Assembly (NCBI GenBank): GCA_036336835.1
Contig: JAYZFK010000025.1
Coordinates: 1-15,769, forward strand
Length of the DNA: 15,769 bases
DNA from: Myxococcota bacterium
GTDB lineage: Bacteria > Myxococcota_A > UBA9160 > UBA4427
Direction: 5' to 3'
Shown here: in pieces, positions 8,140 to 15,025 of the stretch
Position numbering within the stretch: position 1 is the first letter of the stretch
How the letters are laid out: every line of letters begins with the position of its first letter
Translations under genes and position numbers: made by a program
Notes under the pieces: model-generated
The model's input: only the letters and a program-made list of their open reading frames with translations
Database searches by the model: none
What the model was told of the DNA's origin: nothing

Positions 8140-8171
8140 CGCATGGTACCAGCGCCGTCGGGTAGCATGCG
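8140..8171. promoter_or_regulatory. Putative bidirectional promoter (inverted repeat of two -10 elements) between P450 and MBL genes
   Basis: CGCATGGTACC-N10-GGTAGCATGCG is a 10/11 inverted match. The plus strand has TAGCAT (8163-8168), 6 nt, then ATG 8175. The minus strand has TGG-TACCAT (8148-8143), 8 nt, then ATG 8134. Confidence 0.6.
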
Positions 8172-8174
8172 GCC

Positions 8175-9185
8175 ATGCGCTGGCTCCGAACGCTGACGAT
8201 CGCGCTGGTCGTCGCTCTCGGCAGCGTCGCCTACTTCTATCTCGGCACCTACCAGGCACCCGCGGTCGATCCGGCCTGGCAGATCGCCCCCAGCAGCGTG
8301 ATTCCACCGGGCTCGGTCACCGTTCGCTGGACCGGGACGGCCACGCTGGTGTTCTCCGACGGCGAGACGACGTGGATGACCGACGGCTGGTTCTCGCGAC
8401 CCGGTCTGCTCGCGCTGCTCATGGGCCGGATCGAGCCCGACGTCGAGGCCATCGAGCGCGGCCTCGCGCGCAACGCGGTCACCGACCTCGCCGCCGTGTT
8501 CCCCGTCCATTCTCACTACGACCACGCGATGGACGCGCCCGAGGTAGCTCGACGAACGGGCGCCCTGCTGCTCGGATCGGAAGCGACGGCGAACATCGGC
8601 CGCGGCTGGGGGCTCGACGAGAGCCAGATCCGCGCGGTCGAAGACCGCGAGCCGATCTCGCTCGGTCGCTTCACGCTCACGCCGATCGAGTCGCGCCACT
8701 TCCAGTTCCCCGATCCGTGGGTTCGCGAGCAAGTGCTCTCGGACCCCGAGATCACCACCCCCCTGGTCCCGCCCGTCCCTGTGTTCGACTACAAGCTCGG
8801 CAAGGCCTATGCGCTGCACGTCTCCCATCCGCGGGGAAGCTGGCTGATTCAGGGAAGTGCGGGCTACATCGAGGGTGGCCTCGAAGGCTTCGAGGCCGAT
8901 GTCGTGTTCCTGGGCGTGGGCGGTCTCGGCTCCCAGAGCCGCGCCTACCGCGAGAGCTACTGGCGCGAGACGGTCGACCGCACCGGACCGAGCCGAGTGA
9001 TTCCGATCCACTGGGACAGCTTGATCGGCCCGGCCGAGGGCCCCTTCACCGGTGAGGTCCGCGCTGCCCGCTTCCTGTCGGAAGGAACGCAGCACACGCT
9101 CGAGTTCCTTCGCGCCAAGGAGTCCGCCAGCCCCGACCTCAGGTTCCAGACCCTGCCGCGCTTCGGCGCAGTCGTCTTGTTCTGA
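8175..9185 (+). CDS. MBL-fold metallo-hydrolase with N-terminal signal/anchor
   Basis: It has an N-terminal basic plus hydrophobic segment, TDGWFSRP, the HxHxDH motif HSHYDH, ESRH and VIPIHWD. Confidence 0.9.
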   Translation: MRWLRTLTIALVVALGSVAYFYLGTYQAPAVDPAWQIAPSSVIPPGSVTVRWTGTATLVFSDGETTWMTDGWFSRPGLLALLMGRIEPDVEAIERGLARNAVTDLAAVFPVHSHYDHAMDAPEVARRTGALLLGSEATANIGRGWGLDESQIRAVEDREPISLGRFTLTPIESRHFQFPDPWVREQVLSDPEITTPLVPPVPVFDYKLGKAYALHVSHPRGSWLIQGSAGYIEGGLEGFEADVVFLGVGGLGSQSRAYRESYWRETVDRTGPSRVIPIHWDSLIGPAEGPFTGEVRAARFLSEGTQHTLEFLRAKESASPDLRFQTLPRFGAVVLF

Positions 9186-9240
9186 GGCGAGCGCGAGCGA
9201 CTAGCGACAGACGAGCGAATGGGTGCGACGTGCAACGAGC

Positions 9241-10620
9241 CTACCAGATGTTCACCACGTACCAGCCCAGGAACGCGATCAGGAACCCGGTCACACCGAT
9301 CATCGCGACGAGCCAGGCGGTTCCGGCGCGGCCCGAAGGCCGGTCGTCGCCGAGGTAGGCGCGACTGCGCTGGAGCAGGCAGAAGCCGACATAGGCGGCC
9401 GGCAGGAACAGGCCGCAGATGATGTTAGTCGGGACCGCGACCCAGACCGCGATGTCGCTCCAGTAGACGCAGCCGAGCACGCCGGGCACTGGCAGCCAGG
9501 TCGCCAGCCGATGACGCCAGCTGCCGACGGTGAGCCCGAAGAGCTCCACGCCGACGAAGCCGCAGGTGAGCATCTGCAGCGTAATCGACGACAGCGCCAT
9601 GCCGAGCACACCGAGCCCGAACACCAGCCGGCCCGCGATCGGACCCACGCTGCCGGTCAGCACCCCGGCGGCCTCGACGGGCGAGAGGCGCATGCCCTCG
9701 TACGCGGGATCGAGATGCAGTGTGTTGGCCGTGGCGATCACGACCAGGCTCACCGCGATGGTGTACGGCACGGCCATACCGAGCAGCAGGTCGAACTGCG
9801 ACAGCTCGCGGTGATCGCGCCCCCAGCCCCGCGCCAGCAGCGTGTACGGGTACAGGAACACCATGTTCACACCCACGGCTGCCGAGAGCCCCGAGAGCAC
9901 CAGCGTCGCGCCCGCCACACCATTGCGCTCGCTCGGTACCTCGAACGCGAACAGGCCACGCAGCAGCTCGCCCCAGTCCGAGATCCCGGTGCGGAAGACC
10001 ACCCACGCAAAGCACAGCACAATGCCCCAGACCATCGTCTGCAGCAGTCGCTCGTAACCGCGGGTCCAGCGCTCCGAGCGCCCGTAGAAACCCGACACTG
10101 TCACCGCCCACACCAGCACGGCAGCGCCCGCCCACACCGGCGACACGCCCGGCAGGCCGGCCAGGTCGCCGATGTCCACCAGCACCGCGGAGGCGAGCGC
10201 GTACTGCGGAAACTGCCAGATGAGCGACGAGAGCAGGGCGCCGAGTGCCCAGGCCCAGGCGAAGAACGGTCCCGCGTGCTCGCGCATCGCGGGCCACGGA
10301 CGCCGTCCGGTCGACAGCGTCTGCCACGAGATCGCCGCCATCATGCACAGCCCGAGGGCCATCGCGACCGGCGCCACCCAGAGCAGCTGGTAGCCGAAGA
10401 TGGCGCCGGAAAACAGTGCCGCCGAGACGGTGCCGCCGCCCAGCGTCATGGCGCTCTGCAGGTAGCCGGGGCCGAGCAGCCGCAGATAGCCGCGCGCGCG
10501 CGATGCGAGCGGTCGCGCGGCGAGATCGATCAGCACCGCTCGCTCGCGCGAGAGCGCCTCGGCGTCGGGCGGACGCAGCGCCCGCAGCCCTTGCCAGTCC
10601 TGGCCACGATCTCGCGCCAC
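9241..10620 (-). CDS. NRAMP/MntH-fold (SLC11-like) membrane transporter, non-canonical substrate site
   Basis: GPGYLQSAMTLGGGT...SGAIFGYQLLWV matches the NRAMP TM1-2 pattern, and there are about 11 hydrophobic segments. GTG 10620 is preceded by a strong SD (GGGGAGGAG), so I prefer it over the track start at 10704. Confidence 0.85.
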   Translation of the reverse strand: MARDRGQDWQGLRALRPPDAEALSRERAVLIDLAARPLASRARGYLRLLGPGYLQSAMTLGGGTVSAALFSGAIFGYQLLWVAPVAMALGLCMMAAISWQTLSTGRRPWPAMREHAGPFFAWAWALGALLSSLIWQFPQYALASAVLVDIGDLAGLPGVSPVWAGAAVLVWAVTVSGFYGRSERWTRGYERLLQTMVWGIVLCFAWVVFRTGISDWGELLRGLFAFEVPSERNGVAGATLVLSGLSAAVGVNMVFLYPYTLLARGWGRDHRELSQFDLLLGMAVPYTIAVSLVVIATANTLHLDPAYEGMRLSPVEAAGVLTGSVGPIAGRLVFGLGVLGMALSSITLQMLTCGFVGVELFGLTVGSWRHRLATWLPVPGVLGCVYWSDIAVWVAVPTNIICGLFLPAAYVGFCLLQRSRAYLGDDRPSGRAGTAWLVAMIGVTGFLIAFLGWYVVNIW

Positions 10621-10638
10621 GCGCCACTCCTCCCCAAC

Positions 10639-10693
10639 GCAGCATCGTCGGCGCAGACAGCGTGGCGCAAGCCGCCGCGCAAAGCGATGCTGC
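10639..10693. promoter_or_regulatory. Putative divergent promoter region bounded by a perfect 9-bp inverted repeat
   Basis: GCAGCATCG (10639-10647) pairs with CGATGCTGC (10685-10693). Each arm gives an outward-facing GATGCT hexamer. The plus copy is 6 nt before ATG 10698. The minus copy is 18 nt downstream of TTGCGC (10670-10665). Confidence 0.45.
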
Positions 10694-10697
10694 CACC

Positions 10698-13529
10698 ATG
10701 ACACGGATCGGGCGCAACGCCCTGCGCGGCGTCGTCGCCCTGGGGATCGTGCTGGGCCTGGCTGTGGGCGTCTGGCAACTGTCGCGCGGGCCCAGCCCCA
10801 GCGAAATCCTGGCGAGCCTCGATGTCCCGGCGGCCCCGACCCTCTCCCCTGAAGAGGAGATGGCGACGTTCCGCGTCGCCCCCGGCTTCCGCGTCGAGCT
10901 GGTGGCGGCCGAGCCCCTGGTCGTCGATCCAGTCGCCATGGACTGGGACGACGAGGGGCGGCTCTACGTGGTGGAGATGCGCGGCTTCATGGGCGACGTC
11001 GACGGGGCCGGCGAGGATCGCGCGGTCGGTCGCGTCGTGCTGCTCGAGGACAGCAACGGCGACGGCCGGATGGATCGCAGCCAGGTCTTCGTCGACGGGC
11101 TGGTGTTGCCGCGCGCGGTTGCCGTGCTACCCGAGGGCGTACTCATCGCCGCGCCGCCCGATCTCTGGCTGTGCCGCGACACCACCGGCGACCGCGTCTG
11201 CGACGCGCGCACGCGGCTCACCGAGTACGCGGCGGTGGGAGTCAATCCCGAGCACCAGGAGAATGGCCTGCTCGCCGGGATCGACGGCTGGATCTACAAC
11301 GCGAAGTCATCGCGGCGCTTCCGCTTGCACGGGGACTCCATCGAAGTCGAGCCGAGCCCCTTTCGCGGCCAGTGGGGCATCGCCCAGGACGATGCCGGGC
11401 GGCTCTTCTACAACCACAACTCGGCGTTCCTGTTCGGCGATGCGATCGCGGCCGAGTACACCATGCGCCAACCCGCGACCGCCGCCAGCCCGCACAAGCC
11501 CGGTGTGAACGTGGCGCTGTCGACCGGGGCCGAGCTATTCGGCACGCGGGTGGCACCGGGCCTGAACCGCGCGTACATGGCGGGCACGCTGCGCAGCGAC
11601 GGTCGCCAGCAGGCGCCGACTGGCGTCAGCGGTCTGGCCATCCAGCGCGGCGATCAGTACGGACCCGACTACCTCGGCGACGCCTTCGTTCCCGAGGCCG
11701 CCGGCTCCGCAGTCGCGCACTTCGCGATCGAACGCGACGGCCTCGCGCTGCGCGCCGAGCACCGCGTCTACGACGACGAGACCTGGGGCAAGCGCGAGTT
11801 CCTGGCTTCGACCGACGAGCGCTTCCGTCCCGTCGATGCGGACTTCGGACCCGACGGCGCGATCTGGGTGATCGACATGTACCGCGGAGTGATCCAGCAC
11901 GCGCACTTCGTCTCGCACTACCTGCGCGACTATGTGCAGCAGCACGGGCTCGACCCGCCGGGTGCGACGGGACGAATCTGGCGCATCGTGCGCGACGACC
12001 GCCCCCTGCCCCGCCGACCGCCGCCGCTGGCAACGCTCGCGCAGCAGATCGCGGCGCTCGACCACGCCAACGGCTGGGTGCGCGATCGTGCACAGCGCCG
12101 CATCGCCGCCGAGCGGTCGCCGGGCGCGGTCGAAGCGCTGCGCCGGCTCGACGACTTCGGTCTGCTCGGGCGCCGGCACGCGCTCTGGGCGCTCGAACGC
12201 ATGGGAGAGCTCGACGCCGCGACCTGGCGACGCGCGCTCCGCGACGCCGACCCGGAGATCCGCAAGCTCGGCCTGCGGGTTGGCGAGGCGTTGTACCCGA
12301 GGGCGGACGTCGACGCGCGCGGCGAGGTCGCGAAGATGCTCGAGGACGCCGACGACGCCGTGCGGATGCGCGCACTTCACGCGCTCGGCTCGCTGCCGAG
12401 CGCGTCGCGCCCGATGCGCGTCCTGCTCGCGGCGGGGCGGGAGGGAGATCCGATCGCTTCCCAGGCCGCCATCTCCGGGCTCGCGGGGCTCGAGCTGCGC
12501 GCGCTGCGCAGCGAGCTGGAGCGCACCGCCACGGCCAGGCCGGACGAGGCCACGCGTCGCTGGCTCGAGCAGCTGGCAGGCGCGGTGCATCTGGCCGCTC
12601 GCGAGCACGCCGAGGCCGACCGCGAGCTTCGCCGCGTGCTTGATCTGGTCGCGGCACTCGACGTCGAGTGGCAGCAGCTCGCGCTGCTGGTGGGCATCGG
12701 CGAGGCGCAGCGCAGCCCCGGCAGCCGACGCATCGAGCTGAGCGGGCCGCACGACCTGTTCGAGCCCGCTGCGACGGGCGCGCGGGGCGACGAAGTGGCT
12801 GCGGTCCTCGCCCGCACACGGCGGCACTTCACCTGGCCCGGCGACCCGACCCCCGGCGGCGCCAGGCCGCTGACGCCGGCCGAGCAGGAACGCCGCGAGC
12901 GGGGGCGTGCGCTGTACGCGAGCTCGTGCGCCGCCTGCCACGGAGCCGAGGGGCCCGGCCTCCCCGGGCTCGCACCTTCGCTGGTCGGGTCGCCCTGGGT
13001 ACGAGACTCTGACGACTGGCTGGTGCGCATCGCGCTCCAGGGCCTGACCGGTCCGCTGCGCATCGACGACGAGCAGTGGAACGCGACGATGCCGGGGCAC
13101 GGTCAGGACGAGCGTTTCGACGATCAAGCCCTCGCCGGTCTGCTCACTCACCTGCGTCGCTCGTGGGGCCACGCCGAGGAGCCCGTGGCACCGGAGACGG
13201 TGGCGCGCATCCGCTCGCAGACGACCGGCCGCACGCTCCCCTGGTCCGTCGACGAGCTGATCGAGCTGCCGATCGAGCACCGCCTCGATCGCTATGCGGG
13301 GCTCTACCGCGTGCCGATCGTCGGATTCGCGCTCGAGGTGAAGCGCGAGGGAGCGCAGCTCACCATCGGGATCCCGAACGGCCCTGCCGGCGCGGTCCGG
13401 GATCTGGGCGATGGCCTGTTCATGAGCGAGGAGATGACCCTCCAGTTCGAGGAAGACGACTCGGGCGCAGTCGAGGGCGCGACCGGCACGCGCGACGGCA
13501 CGCGCTTCCCGCTCTCGAAGCAGGATTGA
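10698..13529 (+). CDS. PVC-type putative membrane-bound dehydrogenase: N-terminal anchor, beta-propeller dehydrogenase-like domain, HEAT-like repeats, c-type cytochrome, small C-terminal domain
   Basis: A signal/TM segment is followed by LSPEEEMATFRVAPGFRVELVAAEPLVVDPVAMDWD, LEDSNGDGRMD, NGL..GIDGWIY, GQWG, EFLASTDERFRPV and GPDGAIWVIDMYRGVIQH. The middle is helical (ALRDADPEIR, LEDADDAVR). CAACH is at 12927-12941 with a downstream MPG. The upstream part of the 10245 ORF is an antisense shadow. Confidence 0.9.
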   Translation: MTRIGRNALRGVVALGIVLGLAVGVWQLSRGPSPSEILASLDVPAAPTLSPEEEMATFRVAPGFRVELVAAEPLVVDPVAMDWDDEGRLYVVEMRGFMGDVDGAGEDRAVGRVVLLEDSNGDGRMDRSQVFVDGLVLPRAVAVLPEGVLIAAPPDLWLCRDTTGDRVCDARTRLTEYAAVGVNPEHQENGLLAGIDGWIYNAKSSRRFRLHGDSIEVEPSPFRGQWGIAQDDAGRLFYNHNSAFLFGDAIAAEYTMRQPATAASPHKPGVNVALSTGAELFGTRVAPGLNRAYMAGTLRSDGRQQAPTGVSGLAIQRGDQYGPDYLGDAFVPEAAGSAVAHFAIERDGLALRAEHRVYDDETWGKREFLASTDERFRPVDADFGPDGAIWVIDMYRGVIQHAHFVSHYLRDYVQQHGLDPPGATGRIWRIVRDDRPLPRRPPPLATLAQQIAALDHANGWVRDRAQRRIAAERSPGAVEALRRLDDFGLLGRRHALWALERMGELDAATWRRALRDADPEIRKLGLRVGEALYPRADVDARGEVAKMLEDADDAVRMRALHALGSLPSASRPMRVLLAAGREGDPIASQAAISGLAGLELRALRSELERTATARPDEATRRWLEQLAGAVHLAAREHAEADRELRRVLDLVAALDVEWQQLALLVGIGEAQRSPGSRRIELSGPHDLFEPAATGARGDEVAAVLARTRRHFTWPGDPTPGGARPLTPAEQERRERGRALYASSCAACHGAEGPGLPGLAPSLVGSPWVRDSDDWLVRIALQGLTGPLRIDDEQWNATMPGHGQDERFDDQALAGLLTHLRRSWGHAEEPVAPETVARIRSQTTGRTLPWSVDELIELPIEHRLDRYAGLYRVPIVGFALEVKREGAQLTIGIPNGPAGAVRDLGDGLFMSEEMTLQFEEDDSGAVEGATGTRDGTRFPLSKQD

Positions 13530-13542
13530 GCCGCAGTCCGCG

Positions 13543-14994
13543 CTAGCGCTCCGCGGCGCTCCGCCCGGCCAACCGGCCGAAGAAGCTGCCGTCGGCGAGC
13601 GAGATGCCGCTCACGTAGCCAAAGGCCGCGAGCCCCGAGGTCGTGCGTCCGGCCGCGTACAGGCCGGGCACCTCGCGCCCGTCCGGTGTCAGCACCTCGC
13701 CGCCGGGTCTCGTATGGAGCCCGCCCAGGGTGAAGGTCGCGTAGAGCACCTCGCCGCTGCTGCAGTCGATGGCACCAAAGGGCGGAGCCGTGAGCGGCTT
13801 GAGGAACTCGCGACCCTTGTGGAACACGGGATCCTCGCCCCGCTCGGCGTGGCGGTTGTAGAGCTCGATCGTCGCCTGCAGCGATCCCTCGGGCAATGCC
13901 ATCTCGCGCTCGAGCTCTTCGATCGTCTCGCCCACCCAGGAGACTTCGAATCCGGCGTCGTTGACTTCATAGGTATCGGCGTCGTGAATGAAGAACATCG
14001 CGCCGTCCTGCCGGAACAGGCTCGTCTGCCCGATGCGCCCGTAGTAGGTGTCCTCGTTGATGAAGCGCTGACCGAAGCGGTTGACGAGCGCGCCGCGCAC
14101 CAGCCGGCGCGGTGGCGTCAACGGAATGGCGCACTCGATCGCATCCATGCGGATCGCCTCGCCGCCGGCGCCGATCCCCATGCGAATCCCGCGTCCGTCG
14201 TCGCCGCCGGCGCTGAGCCGCCACTCGCACTTCGCCACCTGCGGGCAGTGGTGCGCGACCATCTCGTCGTCGAGTACGAAGCCGCCCGACGTGAGCACCA
14301 CCCCGCGCCGCGCGCGCACACTGAGCTCCTCGCCGGCGCGACGCGCGACCAGACCGACGACAGCGCCATCGCGCTCGACGACGAGCGTCTCGGCCAGCAC
14401 GTCGCACTCGATGCGCGCCGGCAACCGGCCGAGCGCCTCGATCAGGCGCTGCATCAGGAAGCCGCCGGCCGCAGCCGGCGCGCGCGGCTTGTGCCCGCGC
14501 GCCGCAGGGCGCGCGATCTCGTTGTAGGGCCAGGTGTCCTCACCGCCCGTGAAGACCAGACAGTCGTCGGTCGGCGCCTCCATGCTCGGCTCCGGGTAGA
14601 AGCTGTGCTTGAAGGGAACCCCTTGCTGCTCGAGCCAGTGGAAGTGCGCAACCGACTCGTCGCAGAACAGCCGGGTCTTCGACTCGTCCGGCTCGGGGCC
14701 CGACGCCGCCATCAGGAAGCGAAACATCTCGTCCGGATCGTCGTCGAAGCCACAGGACCGCTGGACCGGCGTGCCGCCGCCCAGGTAGATGACGCCGCCC
14801 GACTGCGCAGAGGTGCCACCACCACCGCCGGCGCGCTCGAGCACCAGCACCTCGGCGCCGGCGGCTGCGGCCTCGATCGCGGCGCACGCACCGGCGATTC
14901 CGAGACCCACGACGACCACGTCGGCCTCGAGGTCGTAGCGCGCGCCAGCCACCGCCTCGCGCGGCTCGCTGGCCAGGATCCTCGACTCGCTCAC
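13543..14994 (-). CDS. FAD-dependent oxidoreductase (FAD_binding_2), 3-ketosteroid dehydrogenase-like
   Basis: It has the Rossmann motif DVVVVGLGIAG, GGTSAQSGG, ARRGVVLTSGGF, GQRFINED, TLGGL, VPGLYAAG and YVSGISLADGSFFGR. GTG 14994 is chosen because the track start at 15039 overlaps the upstream gene. Confidence 0.88.
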   Translation of the reverse strand: MSESRILASEPREAVAGARYDLEADVVVVGLGIAGACAAIEAAAAGAEVLVLERAGGGGGTSAQSGGVIYLGGGTPVQRSCGFDDDPDEMFRFLMAASGPEPDESKTRLFCDESVAHFHWLEQQGVPFKHSFYPEPSMEAPTDDCLVFTGGEDTWPYNEIARPAARGHKPRAPAAAGGFLMQRLIEALGRLPARIECDVLAETLVVERDGAVVGLVARRAGEELSVRARRGVVLTSGGFVLDDEMVAHHCPQVAKCEWRLSAGGDDGRGIRMGIGAGGEAIRMDAIECAIPLTPPRRLVRGALVNRFGQRFINEDTYYGRIGQTSLFRQDGAMFFIHDADTYEVNDAGFEVSWVGETIEELEREMALPEGSLQATIELYNRHAERGEDPVFHKGREFLKPLTAPPFGAIDCSSGEVLYATFTLGGLHTRPGGEVLTPDGREVPGLYAAGRTTSGLAAFGYVSGISLADGSFFGRLAGRSAAER

Positions 14995-15025
14995 GGCGTC
15001 GTTCTTTGCTGGGCCCTGCCGGTCG

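Noticed and set aside
8175..9185. Calling the MBL-fold protein a beta-lactamase resistance gene
   Set aside because: HxHxDH is shared by the whole superfamily, and nothing else in the sequence or context supports resistance.
9241..10620. Calling the transporter mntH
   Set aside because: The DPGN and MPH metal-binding motifs are absent.
10660..10696. Possible sigma54 promoter (TGGC...TTGC)
   Set aside because: GG-to-GC spacing on the minus strand is 12 nt rather than the required 10, and the plus-strand TGGCGC lacks the -12 element.
10245..10704. Apparent 460-bp head-to-head overlap of the transporter and dehydrogenase ORFs
   Set aside because: It disappears with the better-supported starts: GTG 10620 with a strong SD, and ATG 10698 directly before the signal/anchor segment.
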